Positions 1 through 8,861 of a DNA stretch of 60,472 bases are shown in pieces. Under the pieces are notes generated by a model. It searched no databases. It was given only the letters and a program-made list of their open reading frames with translations, and was not told the origin of the DNA. This stretch comes from Acidobacteriota bacterium (GTDB lineage: Bacteria; Acidobacteriota; UBA4820; DSQY01): assembly GCA_021813555.1 (NCBI GenBank), contig JAKAKG010000222.1, forward strand, positions 1 through 60,472, in the 5' to 3' direction. The translations under genes and the position numbers were made by a program. Within the stretch, counting starts at the first letter, position 1. Every line of letters starts with the position of its first letter.

Positions 1-103
1 CAAGGGTGAGGTCAAGTCCTCCTCCAAGCTCACCTCCGTCAAGATCAACCCCGGCTTCAGCGAGGACCTCTTCAAGAAACCGAGCGGGGAAGAGAAGAAG
101 TGA
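1..103 (+). CDS. 3' end of a truncated CDS, possibly a LolA-like/outer-membrane lipoprotein-sorting protein
   Basis: Frame 2 reads KGEVKSSSKLTSVKINPGFSEDLFKKPSGEEKK* with high-GC3 codons and TGA at 101-103. 'KINPGxSEDLF' resembles LolA-like C-termini. Confidence 0.45.
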   Translation, partial: KGEVKSSSKLTSVKINPGFSEDLFKKPSGEEKK

Positions 104-139
104 AAGGTGAAAAGTGAAAAGTGAAAAGTAAAAAGTAAA
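98..139 (+). repeat. Heptamer tandem repeat (AAGTGAA)x6, degenerate
   Basis: aagtgaa aggtgaa aagtgaa aagtgaa aagtaaa aagtaaa; the first unit contains the upstream TGA stop. Confidence 0.9.
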
Positions 140-424
140 AGAGAGGGCGCCGCGCCCTCCCTGCCGATCGCCGACGCCCCCGTCCGCTATCAAGGGCCGG
201 GGGCGTTGGTGTGTCTGTCCCCCTCCAGGCGACGATCCGCCTCGCGCGGCGACCTTGCTGCACTTCGCGTTCCGGCACATGGGCGTTCTGTCTTTACGCC
301 TCTTCCCCATCCTCAACTCGCCATTGCCCGTTCCCCCCGGATTTTGGCATCTGGGCCCGGTTGGGCTACAATTCCTGATTAGCCCGCGCCGCGAGGACGC
401 GGCGGGGCTCAGCGGAGCCGCCCT

Positions 425-1627
425 TTGGAGAAGCGCAAGCGCACCCTTCTGACCGTGTTTCTTATCGTTTTTATCGACCTCATGGGATTCGGGATCGTCA
501 TCCCGCTCCTTCCCCTTTATGGTGACCGGTACAACCCTTCCCCGGCGGTCTTCGGCCTCCTCATGGCGGCCTACTCGCTTATGCAGTTCATCTTCGCCCC
601 GATTTTGGGGCGCTTCTCGGACGCCGTGGGGCGCAGGCCCATCCTCATCCTGTCCCTGGCGGGGACCGTCATTGGCTATTTTCTCTTCGCCATGCAGGAT
701 TCTCTGTGGCTCCTGTTTCTGGCGAGGGCCGTGAACGGCATTGCCGGAGCCAACGTGGCCACGGCGCAGGCGGTCATCGCCGACGTGACGAAGCCCGAAG
801 AGCGGGCCAAGGGCATGGGACTCATCGGCGCGGCCTTCGGGCTGGGCTTCATCTTGGGGCCGGCCATCGGCGGCGCCGCCAACGAGTATTTCGGCGCCCG
901 GGCCCCGGGTTTCTTCGCCGCGGCCCTCTCCGCCGGCGCTCTCCTCATGACCGCCTTCGCCCTGCCCGAAACGTGGCCCGCCGAGCGGCGCGCCCAGGCC
1001 GCTCCCAACCGCGTCCGCCACGGCTGGTTCTCCGTCACCCGGCTCATGGAAGCGCTCCGCCATCCCCAGATCGGGCTCGTGCTCGTGATCTTCTTCCTCA
1101 CCACCTTCGCCTTCGCCAACTTCGAATCCACGTTTGCCCTGTTTCTGAATGAGACGATGCACCTCGACACCGCCCACGTCATGTACTTCTTCGTCTTCGT
1201 CGGCGTGCTGGCGGCGTTCATCCAAGGGGGGCTCATCGGCCGCCTCGTGAAGCGCTTCGGCGAGAGGAATCTCATCCTCACGGGGGCCGTCCTCCTGGTG
1301 CCCGGCTACCTGCTCATCCTCACCGCCACGTCCATAGGGCACCTCATGGCGTTCCTCGTCCTGCTGGCGCTCGGCGCGGGCTTCACGTCGCCGACGCTAT
1401 CGTCGCTCGTGTCGCGGCTGTCCACGGCCGAGGAGCAGGGCGGCATCCTTGGCATTTTTCAGTCCATGGCGTCCTTGGCGCGCATCACGGGGCCCTTCTG
1501 GGGAGTCTTCGCCTTCAAGGAGTTCGGGGTGTCCGTGCCCTACCTCACGGCGGGGTCGGTGTCCACCGTGGTGGTGGTCCTGGCGTGGCTGATGCTCGTC
1601 CGGGCCAGGCGACAGGAACAGCGGTAA
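425..1627 (+). CDS. MFS transporter, TetA/DHA1-like
   Basis: ~12 hydrophobic segments, N-terminal 'IDLMGFGIVIPLLP', motif A 'GRFSDAVGRRP', motif C 'GFILGPAIGG'; TTG start. Confidence 0.9.
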   Translation: MEKRKRTLLTVFLIVFIDLMGFGIVIPLLPLYGDRYNPSPAVFGLLMAAYSLMQFIFAPILGRFSDAVGRRPILILSLAGTVIGYFLFAMQDSLWLLFLARAVNGIAGANVATAQAVIADVTKPEERAKGMGLIGAAFGLGFILGPAIGGAANEYFGARAPGFFAAALSAGALLMTAFALPETWPAERRAQAAPNRVRHGWFSVTRLMEALRHPQIGLVLVIFFLTTFAFANFESTFALFLNETMHLDTAHVMYFFVFVGVLAAFIQGGLIGRLVKRFGERNLILTGAVLLVPGYLLILTATSIGHLMAFLVLLALGAGFTSPTLSSLVSRLSTAEEQGGILGIFQSMASLARITGPFWGVFAFKEFGVSVPYLTAGSVSTVVVVLAWLMLVRARRQEQR

Positions 1628-1632
1628 AGCGG

Positions 1633-1784
1633 AAGACGGGAGACGCCAGACGCGAGACGCGAGACGCAAGACGCGAGACGCAAGACGCTAGACGCGAGAC
1701 CGGAGACGTTGAGGGGACCGGAGGCCATCCCAGCGGCCCCCGGTCCCTTCCTGTTCTGCCTATTGCCTACTGCCTACTGCCTAT
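1633..1784. repeat. Bipartite intergenic repeat: (GAGACGC)x~11, central hairpin, (CTGCCTA)x4
   Basis: Heptamers at 1633-1709, inverted repeat GGGGACCGG..CCGGTCCCT at ~1712-1748, heptamers at 1756-1783 that include the TAG of the convergent gene. Confidence 0.9.
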
Positions 1785-2290
1785 TCCTCTAAATTAAATT
1801 CCTGAAATTCGTAGAAATAGCCCGTGCGGGTGAGGACGTCCACCTCGGCCTGGACGATGGCCGTGTGCCCGTCCTCGATCTCGAGGAACCGGCCGAACAT
1901 GGCCTTGGCGTCGGGGTCCGACAGGGTTTCCACGAGCCCTTTGTAGTAGGTGCTCACCTCTTCTTCGAGCTTGAGGGCCGTGAAGAGGCGCTTGTAGTCG
2001 TCGCTGTAGTCCCGCTTCTCCTGGGAGGCCTTGATCATCTCCAGCCCCTTCTGAAGAAAATCGGGGGCGGGAATGACCGTCCCGATGGGATCGGCGGAAA
2101 TTTTCCCCTCGGCGCGCCACTGCTTGAGGCGCGACTCAAGGTAGTCCACGTGGCCCTGTTCTTCCTTGGCCAAAACCTCAAAGAACACTTTGCCCTTGGG
2201 GTCGTCGGACTTGGTCGCGGCCCAGATATAGTGGTCTCGCACCTTGTTTTCGTAGTGCAGGGCTGTGACGATGGCTTCATCAACGGTCAT
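1781..2290 (-). CDS. Rubrerythrin/ferritin-like diiron protein
   Basis: Two helix-pair repeats with ExxH motifs (LAKEEQGH, LEIEDGH) and E..Y partners. Confidence 0.85.
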   Translation of the reverse strand: MTVDEAIVTALHYENKVRDHYIWAATKSDDPKGKVFFEVLAKEEQGHVDYLESRLKQWRAEGKISADPIGTVIPAPDFLQKGLEMIKASQEKRDYSDDYKRLFTALKLEEEVSTYYKGLVETLSDPDAKAMFGRFLEIEDGHTAIVQAEVDVLTRTGYFYEFQEFNLEE

Positions 2291-2312
2291 GGTTTTCCCC
2301 TTTTCCTGCGAG

Positions 2313-3041
2313 TCAGGCCTTACCGGCGGGGCCGAAGGGGTCCCGCGAGGGCATGAGGTGGATCTCGTCCACGTTGGCTTCCGCCGGCTGGGAGAGGGCG
2401 TAGGACACGGCCTCGGCCACGGTTTGGGCAGCCATCATTGATTCCCTGGGAAGTTTGCCGCCGAAGGTGTTCCACGCCGGGGTGAGGGTCGCCCCGGGGA
2501 GGATGGCCGTGACCTTGACGCCTTTCGGAGCCGCCTCCAGACGCAGGGCCGCCAGGAAGCCCATGAGGCCCCACTTGCTGGCGCAGTAGGCGGTTTCCTG
2601 GGGGAACCCGATTTTGCCTGCGATGGAGGACAGGGCGATGACGTGGCCCGCGCCCTGCTTGTAGAAGTGGGGCAGAAGGTACTTGATCAAGAAGTAGGTG
2701 GACGTGAGGTTCGTGTCCAGGACCTGCCGCCACTCCTCCGTGGGGGTGGCCTCCAGCCGGTTCATGCGGAACACGCCGGCGCTGTGCACCACCGCGTTCA
2801 CGGCCCCGAAGGTCTTGAGGGACTCGGCCACGATGGCCCGGACGTCTTCCTCGACGGTCATGTCTCCGGGGATCGCCACCACCCGCTGTCCCCTGCTGGC
2901 CATCTCCCGGGCCGCCGCTTCGATCTTCTTGCGGTTCCGTCCCGTGAGCACGACCGTGTGATGCTCCCGTGCGAGTTGATCGGCCACGGCCTCGCCGATG
3001 CCCGAACTCGCCCCCGTCACCAGGATGATCTTCTTGTCCAT
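2313..3041 (-). CDS. Short-chain dehydrogenase/reductase
   Basis: TGASSGIG nucleotide-binding motif, HSAG, YCASK catalytic motif. Confidence 0.92.
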   Translation of the reverse strand: MDKKIILVTGASSGIGEAVADQLAREHHTVVLTGRNRKKIEAAAREMASRGQRVVAIPGDMTVEEDVRAIVAESLKTFGAVNAVVHSAGVFRMNRLEATPTEEWRQVLDTNLTSTYFLIKYLLPHFYKQGAGHVIALSSIAGKIGFPQETAYCASKWGLMGFLAALRLEAAPKGVKVTAILPGATLTPAWNTFGGKLPRESMMAAQTVAEAVSYALSQPAEANVDEIHLMPSRDPFGPAGKA

Positions 3042-3099
3042 GAACGCTCCAGAACCAGCTGTAAGTATAAACGAAGGGCCGAACGAGGGGAAGGGGAAA

Positions 3100-3332
3100 G
3101 GAGGATTCGGAAAGCGGAATTCGGAAAGCGGAAAGCGGAAAGGAGGGGGAGGAAGGCGGAAGGGGCGAATTCGGATTTGGGATTTTGGAAGGGGGCCCTT
3201 GTAGGCGAGGGTTGGGTTAATTCCTCACCGCTCACCGCTCACTGCTCACGTCCCTTGGGAAAAAGATCGCGCTCTGGAGAGCGCTCCTACAGCGGGCGAA
3301 TGGTGCCCCCTCCCCGCGTCTCGCGTCTCGCG
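3100..3332. repeat. Bipartite intergenic heptamer repeats: (GGAAAGC/GGAATTC)n and (GGATTTG)n, then (GCTCACC)n and (CGCGTCT)n
   Basis: Read directly: purine-rich tracts at ~3100-3190, pyrimidine-rich tracts at ~3222-3250 and ~3315-3332. Confidence 0.8.
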
Positions 3333-3347
3333 CTTTTCCGCGCGGGC

Positions 3348-3379
3348 AAAAAAAGAGCGGGCCCGCGGGCCCGCTCTTT
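3348..3379 (-). terminator. Rho-independent terminator of the fadL-GDSL operon
   Basis: Minus strand AAAGAGCGGGCC-CGCG-GGCCCGCTCTTTTTTT, just downstream of the stop at 3402. Confidence 0.85.
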
Positions 3380-3401
3380 CGTAACGTCTCGACGCCTGCC
3401 G

Positions 3402-4646
3402 CTACTTCTGCAGCGACGGACTTGAAGTGAGCTCCGAGTAAGCCGAAGAGGGGACGCTGATGGGCAGCGCGCCGGGAGACATGCGGAACCCCTGGGGATC
3501 GTTCAGGTTCACGTTCTGGACGTTCACCAGAGGCAGGGAGGTTCCGTAGTAGCTGTTGATCGCCTTGGTGGCCTCGCGGGCGATGACGGCCTGTCCCGTT
3601 ACGGTGGGATGGACGCCGTCCAATCCGAAGAGGCCGCCCAGGTATTCGGTGGTGAGCTTGACGCCGTTGGGCAGCATGTAGCCGTGCTTCTTGACCTTCG
3701 CCAGGAAGGAGTTGAAATCGAAGACAGGGCAGTGGAACTGGGCGGCCACGGCGTTGATGACGGCGTTGTCCGCGTCCACGATGGCCTGAATCTTGGGCAC
3801 GTCCGCGGCGTGGAGGATTTCGCCGGGGCCCAGGGGGCCCGGGTCCTTGCCCTCGAGGATGAGCTTGATGTGCTCGTGGGAGTAAGGCGTGGCGTAATCC
3901 TTCTTGGTCATGCCGAACTTGGCGATGGGCATGCCTTGGGCCGCGAGGGTGGAACCTTTGCTCAGGGCGGGGATCATGGTCACGTCGGGGATGTTGACCA
4001 GAAGCATCTTGGCGCCCGTCTGGGCCATGGAGCCCACGATGGCGGGATAGACCTGGGCGAAGACGGCCGCGGGCACGGTGTAGTTGGGGTTGCCGGTGGC
4101 GGCGCCACCGAGCACGTCGTTGCTGCCGATCCAGATGATCGCGAAGGTGGGCTGGAGGGTCGCCGCGAGGCCCACCTGGCTGGCCGGAGCGTGGCCCTGG
4201 AGGTAGACGCCGGGGAAGCCCAGGATGAGGTCAGTGAGGCTCGCCGGCGGAATGGCGGGCTTCAGGGTGAGGCAGTCCACCGACGTCTGGCCGGGGACGG
4301 CCAGATTCGTGGGCTGGCTCGCGGGATTCATCAGGGAGCCCATCTCGGTGGCGACGGGGACCAGAATGGGGAAGCCCGTCACCGGGTCAAAGCCCTGGAG
4401 CCTCTCTTGGATGGGGATGCCGGGGTAGCTGATGAGGGGCAGGGTGAGGGGATGGCCCGCCTTCTCAGAGATGAGGTTGGCGTAGCTCTTGGGTTGCCCG
4501 TATTCATTGAGCGACAGGCCGTAATAGCCCGCCGAGAGGCTATCGCCGAGCACCACGATCTTGCTGAAGTCGGGGGCCTGGGCGAAGGCGGCGGACGCCA
4601 CCAGGAGGCCCGCCGCGAGGATGAGCAGGGACTTTCTCAGGTTCAT
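3402..4646 (-). CDS. Secreted SGNH/GDSL hydrolase (lipase/esterase)
   Basis: Signal peptide, block I GDSLSAG, block II NLAVPG, block III IGSND, block V DGVHP. Confidence 0.9.
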   Translation of the reverse strand: MNLRKSLLILAAGLLVASAAFAQAPDFSKIVVLGDSLSAGYYGLSLNEYGQPKSYANLISEKAGHPLTLPLISYPGIPIQERLQGFDPVTGFPILVPVATEMGSLMNPASQPTNLAVPGQTSVDCLTLKPAIPPASLTDLILGFPGVYLQGHAPASQVGLAATLQPTFAIIWIGSNDVLGGAATGNPNYTVPAAVFAQVYPAIVGSMAQTGAKMLLVNIPDVTMIPALSKGSTLAAQGMPIAKFGMTKKDYATPYSHEHIKLILEGKDPGPLGPGEILHAADVPKIQAIVDADNAVINAVAAQFHCPVFDFNSFLAKVKKHGYMLPNGVKLTTEYLGGLFGLDGVHPTVTGQAVIAREATKAINSYYGTSLPLVNVQNVNLNDPQGFRMSPGALPISVPSSAYSELTSSPSLQK

Positions 4647-4661
4647 CTCAGGGCTCCTCCC

Positions 4662-5912
4662 TTAGAACTTGTAGGTGACGGAAACGCCGCCCAGGTAAGC
4701 GTAGGCTTTGTAGGTTCCGGGGACGAAAGGCGTGGTGACGGGCACGTTTTTGTTCTGGAAAGGCAGGTACATGAGGTAGCTGTCCACGCCCCAGTGCTTG
4801 GTGTGGTACATGAGGCCGCCCGTGAAGCCGTTGCGGTTCGAGTCGGGGAGGATGGGGGAGGCGTATTTGTCGGGCACGGGGCTCTGGTCATAGAAGTACC
4901 CGAGGCCGTAGCTCCAGCGGTCCGACAGTCTATACTCGAAGCCGATCTTGTATTTGTAGATGTCTTTCCAGTTCTGGGGCACCACCGAATCGCGGACCTG
5001 CCCCTGATTGGGCGTGAAGTGCATGGCCAGGGTCTTGAAGCAGCTCCACTCCTGCCGGGTGGCGTCCACGTCGATGGACCACTTGTCGGCCATGTAGGCG
5101 ACGCCGAGGGTGTAGACCCGGGGCAGCGTGAGATCGCCCGCCGCGAGGGTCCTCGGGAACATGGGCGTGAAGTTGGGGTCCGTGGGGATGCGGAAGAACT
5201 TCACGTCTCCCGTGTATTTCAGATGGACTTTGTCGCGGAAATTGAGGCCCACCTGCCAGTGCTTGGTCGGCTTGCCCAACACGCCCAGGCCCCAGCCCAC
5301 GCCGTTGGCGGTGCCGTTCAGGACGCCCATCCCAGGTTCAGGTGTGCGGGTGAGGGGCGGGGTGGGATAGGGAATGGCGGGGAAAAAGATTCCCTGGCGG
5401 AGGTAGATGGTGGAGTGGACGAAGTTGGCGGCGAGGGCCATGGCCCATTTGTCGCCGAAGCGCCACGCGATGGTGGGCGTGGTGTAGATGGCCTTCTGCA
5501 AGGTCCGCTCGGAGATGGCGGCGCCCGCCCAGTTGCTGGGCCACTCGGTGGCGAGGTCGTGGGGAGAGTTGACGCCGATGCCGAAGGAAACGGAGCCGGG
5601 CGTGCGGTACGTGAGGTACATGTACAGGGGCCAGTAGGTTTTTTCGGGGCCCTGGATGTTGCCGGCGGGCCCGTTGTATTTCATGTGTTCGTTGACGAAG
5701 TCGAAGCCGGCCATGAAGGCGCTGCCCTGAAAGGCGATGCCTGCCGGGTTGTAAAAGATGGCGCTCGGGTCGTTCGCCCGTGCCGCGAAAGCGCCGCCTT
5801 CGGCCGACGCGCGGGCTCCCTGCTCTTCCACCAGGGTCCCCGAGGCCCAGACGCCGAGCGCCGCCGCGAGGATCACCCACGCCAAAACTGCTCTTCTGAC
5901 CCGCTGCTTCAT
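4662..5912 (-). CDS. FadL/OmpP1-family outer-membrane transporter
   Basis: Start at ATG 5912 after GAGGAGGA. 'NDPSAIFYNPAG' hatch motif, 'SPILPDSNR', C-terminal YKF. Confidence 0.88.
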   Translation of the reverse strand: MKQRVRRAVLAWVILAAALGVWASGTLVEEQGARASAEGGAFAARANDPSAIFYNPAGIAFQGSAFMAGFDFVNEHMKYNGPAGNIQGPEKTYWPLYMYLTYRTPGSVSFGIGVNSPHDLATEWPSNWAGAAISERTLQKAIYTTPTIAWRFGDKWAMALAANFVHSTIYLRQGIFFPAIPYPTPPLTRTPEPGMGVLNGTANGVGWGLGVLGKPTKHWQVGLNFRDKVHLKYTGDVKFFRIPTDPNFTPMFPRTLAAGDLTLPRVYTLGVAYMADKWSIDVDATRQEWSCFKTLAMHFTPNQGQVRDSVVPQNWKDIYKYKIGFEYRLSDRWSYGLGYFYDQSPVPDKYASPILPDSNRNGFTGGLMYHTKHWGVDSYLMYLPFQNKNVPVTTPFVPGTYKAYAYLGGVSVTYKF

Positions 5913-6227
5913 CGCGTCCTCCTCACAATGTCTCATCCCTTGGCCGACTCGCCGCCTCGCGTCCCCCCAGCAGGACGGGACCGGCTCCGGCATCCACCGA
6001 CGACACTTACCCGCGGCGTTCTCTCGACGTTCTAACGCAACGTCCAAACCCGCACAACCCATATTCTTGCCAGTGGGATGCCCTCGGTCCGCGCGGTGCC
6101 AGGCCCCAGCCTGGCCGCGTTCTAGGACGGAGAGTCATGACGGTGTGCTCCTGGCGCCGATGCACGTCTCCGGTCCCAGGTTCCTTCTCATTCCCCCTGG
6201 CCTCCTTACTCTGTTCCTACTGAGGCA

Positions 6228-6256
6228 AGGTTATCTGGATGCGGAGGGCGTGTCAA
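6228..6256 (-). promoter_or_regulatory. Putative sigma70 promoter for the fadL-like operon
   Basis: Minus strand TTGACA-17 nt-TAACCT. Confidence 0.5.
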
Positions 6257-6354
6257 GTGACGGGGGTTATCGTTTCCCCGTCAAGAAGGCAGGCTCCGCC
6301 ACTAAAGGCGGGACCGGAGGAAATGGGAACACAGTTCCCGAAAGGCCTGTGCCA

Positions 6355-6500
6355 CGCGGAGATGGGAGATGGGGGAACACGGAATTCGGAAGGGAAAGAG
6401 GTTGGGATTTGGGATTTGGGATTGCGGAAAAGAGACCACCCTGGGCGGGGGTTGTCTTACTCCTCACCGCTCACCGCTTACGGCTCACTCCTCACTTCGC
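6355..6500. repeat. Bipartite intergenic heptamer repeats (GGAGATG, GGGATTT ... CTCACCG)
   Basis: gggatttgggatttgggatt at ~6404-6423; ctcctcaccgctcaccgcttacggctcactcctcac at ~6460-6495. Confidence 0.8.
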
Positions 6501-6576
6501 CAAGCGGACAGGGACCAACGCCGTCTGCCCAAAGGCGCCGCGCGCAAGCTGGTTTTATGGTGCTCGTCAGCAAAAT

Positions 6577-6590
6577 GGAACAAGTGTTCC
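6577..6590. promoter_or_regulatory. Palindrome GGAACA-AG-TGTTCC, candidate activator (UAS) site
   Basis: Perfect 6-bp inverted repeat ~145 bp upstream of a sigma54-like promoter, separated from it by an AT-rich tract. Confidence 0.35.
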
Positions 6591-6732
6591 TGGCGCTCCC
6601 TGCGAAATTCACTCAAGTAGTTTATATATAAGTAGATAGCTCTGAAAGTGGCGCTGGCGTGAAACACTTACTCCCAAACGTTCCACTTCGCGCGCATGCG
6701 GCTTAATACCTCTAAAATAACAATGTTGCAAG

Positions 6733-6749
6733 TTGGCACGAGTCTTTCA
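6733..6749 (+). promoter_or_regulatory. Probable sigma54 -24/-12 promoter for the cytochrome c-porin-psr operon
   Basis: TTGGCACG-AGTC-TTTCA versus consensus YTGGCACG-N4-TTGCW (one mismatch in the -12 box), ~30 nt before the ATG. Confidence 0.55.
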
Positions 6750-6780
6750 TTGGCAGTCCCTGTTTGAAAGGAGGTGTTTC

Positions 6781-7113
6781 ATGGTGGTTTCCAAGTGGAT
6801 CAAGACGGCGGTTATCGCGGCGGGTCTCAGCTCCATGGTCATCGCAGTGGTGGCCGGCGGCAGCGAGACCAAGGGGAAATTCTTTTACAAGAAGGACTGC
6901 AAGACCTGCCACGCCAAGGGCGGGGCGGGCGGCGAAGTGACGCCTCTGACCAAGACCCAGGCGCAGTGGAAGGCCTATTTCCAGGCCGGCAAGCACAACA
7001 AGGGCAAGGAAGATCTGAGCAAGTACCTCACGCCCGACAAGATCCAAGACGTGCAGACCTTCCTCACGGCCCACGCGTCCGATTCACCTCAGCCCGAGAC
7101 GTGCGGCGGCTGA
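6781..7113 (+). CDS. Small exported monohaem cytochrome c with C-terminal ETCGG
   Basis: RBS AAGGAGGT, signal peptide, CKTCH, C-terminus HASDSPQPETCGG. Confidence 0.88.
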   Translation: MVVSKWIKTAVIAAGLSSMVIAVVAGGSETKGKFFYKKDCKTCHAKGGAGGEVTPLTKTQAQWKAYFQAGKHNKGKEDLSKYLTPDKIQDVQTFLTAHASDSPQPETCGG

Positions 7114-7188
7114 GCAAGGGCCCGCGCCCCGCGCGGGGATAACACCAGCGTTTCCATCAGGCGCCGGATGGGCGCCAAGGAGGGATAG

Positions 7189-8775
7189 ATGAGGAAGATT
7201 GGACTAGGGGTCGTTCTTGCCGTGCTCCTCGTGCCCATGGGCCTCATGGCCCAAAGCAACGAGGAACTCATGAAGCAGATCGAGCAGCTCAAGCAGCAGC
7301 TCCAGAGCCTCGAGCAGAAGGTTTCGTCCCAGCAGGCCGCGCCCGCTCCCGAGGAGCAGGTGAAGGATCTGGACAACCGCCTCACCAAGGTGGAGATCAA
7401 GACCGCCGGCGACAACATCTCGTGGGGCGGCGACATGCGCGTCCGCTTCGACAACCAGAGCTGGAAAATCAACCCCTACCAGCAGGTCATGGGCTTCGAT
7501 CCGCACACGGGCATGCCCATCACCCACCAGGTACCCGCGCAGAACTGGTCCAACCCCATGCAGTGGTCCATGCGCCTGCGCCTCAAGATGAACGCCAACG
7601 TGACGGACAACCTCAAGTTCATGGGCCGCCTCTCCATGTACAAGCTCTACGGCGGCGCCGACGTGCCCATCTTCAACGGCCAGCCCAACACCGTTTACAA
7701 TGGCTCCGTTTCGGCTCGCGTGCCCAGCAATGATGTCCTCCACGTGGAGCGCGCCCTGCTTCGTTACGATTTTCCCAACGCCCCCTTCACCCTGGCCTTC
7801 GGCCGCATGAACACCAGCGACGGCCCTCCCTTGGAAATCCGTGAAGGGACCGAGCGCCAGGCGACCCCCATGGCCATCATGGTGAACGCCGAGGTGGACG
7901 GGGTCCACATGGACTACCACATGGATAAGCTGGGCCTGCCCGAGGGTACCACCTTCGGTATCTGCGCCGGTGTGGGTTACGAGTCGGGTTTTGGAGGGGG
8001 TGGCCAGGTAAGCAGTTCCTACACCATGACCCCCTTCGGCATGGGTTCCATCAACGGCATGAAGGACACGACAGTAGCGGGCTTCATTTATGACATGCCC
8101 CTGCTCTTTGAGGTAGGCAACACGGTCAACAGCGCGCGCTTTATCCTCGGCTATAACCGGTTTACCAACATGGGCGACATCCCCTTCGGGTCCCTCATCA
8201 ACTTCCCCATTCCCGGCCCCTACGCCCAGCCCTCTCCCCAGTACGTGACGGCCACCAACAACCTGGGCGACATGGACCAGTGGGGCATCACCTGGGAGCA
8301 CAACATCGGCGACACCTTCACCTACTTCCTGGCGGGCGGCTACATCAAGAGCCATCCCAACGGCAAGGTGAGCCAGTACGGCTTCGGCGGCCTCCTCGGC
8401 GATCCCACCCACAGCAAGACCGGCACCGCCTACTACGCCGGCATCAAGTGGACCCCCGTGCCCATGTTCGACCTGGGCGTCGAGTTCAACCACGGCTCGC
8501 CCCGCTGGTACACCTACACCCCCAGCTCCGGCGAAGTGGGCGACAAGCTCGCGGCCCGCGGCGACGTGTGGGAAGGCTACATGCACATCAACTTCAACAA
8601 GCACGCCTCCATGCGCATCGGCTACACCTACTACGACTACTCCACGGCCTTCAGCGGCTGGCACATCGCCCCCGGCGACCTGAACTACTACAACCTGAAC
8701 AACAATGCCGTGAACTTCTACGCGTTCCCCAAGACCGTGAAGAACGCGTATCTGCTCTTCGACGCGACCTTCTAG
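7189..8775 (+). CDS. DUF3373-like outer-membrane beta-barrel protein
   Basis: Signal peptide, N-terminal coiled coil, 'WGGDMRVRFD' and 'RLRLKMNA' strands, C-terminal Phe. Confidence 0.75.
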   Translation: MRKIGLGVVLAVLLVPMGLMAQSNEELMKQIEQLKQQLQSLEQKVSSQQAAPAPEEQVKDLDNRLTKVEIKTAGDNISWGGDMRVRFDNQSWKINPYQQVMGFDPHTGMPITHQVPAQNWSNPMQWSMRLRLKMNANVTDNLKFMGRLSMYKLYGGADVPIFNGQPNTVYNGSVSARVPSNDVLHVERALLRYDFPNAPFTLAFGRMNTSDGPPLEIREGTERQATPMAIMVNAEVDGVHMDYHMDKLGLPEGTTFGICAGVGYESGFGGGGQVSSSYTMTPFGMGSINGMKDTTVAGFIYDMPLLFEVGNTVNSARFILGYNRFTNMGDIPFGSLINFPIPGPYAQPSPQYVTATNNLGDMDQWGITWEHNIGDTFTYFLAGGYIKSHPNGKVSQYGFGGLLGDPTHSKTGTAYYAGIKWTPVPMFDLGVEFNHGSPRWYTYTPSSGEVGDKLAARGDVWEGYMHINFNKHASMRIGYTYYDYSTAFSGWHIAPGDLNYYNLNNNAVNFYAFPKTVKNAYLLFDATF

Positions 8776-8793
8776 AACCCTCCATACCCTTAT

Positions 8794-8826
8794 GGCCGGG
8801 GGGCTCCGAGCCCCCCGGCCTCTTTC
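8794..8826 (+). terminator. Intra-operon hairpin/weak terminator
   Basis: GGCCGGGGGGCT-CCG-AGCCCCCCGGCC-TCTTT (12-bp stem). Confidence 0.7.
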
Positions 8827-8861
8827 AACCGGTGGGGGAGAGAGCGATGGGAGCGAATCCA

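Noticed and set aside
425-1627. Tetracycline resistance gene
   Set aside because: Only family-level DHA1/TetA-like motifs; no adjacent tetR or mobile context, and the substrate cannot be determined.
3609-6035. Long ORFs antisense or out of frame to real genes (e.g. 3609..6035, 7204..8862, 8937..11006, 15344..16921, 33805..35388, 40658..42130)
   Set aside because: Typical high-GC shadow ORFs with no motifs, lying opposite genes that have clear family signatures.
7111-7190. Possible selenocysteine readthrough of the cytochrome c TGA (..TCGG-UGA), given selC in the window
   Set aside because: Readthrough adds only ~24 low-complexity residues, no convincing bacterial SECIS follows, and CGG makes a sensible natural C-terminus. 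No in-frame UGA was found in any confidently called gene; PsrA has Cys at the likely Mo-ligand position.
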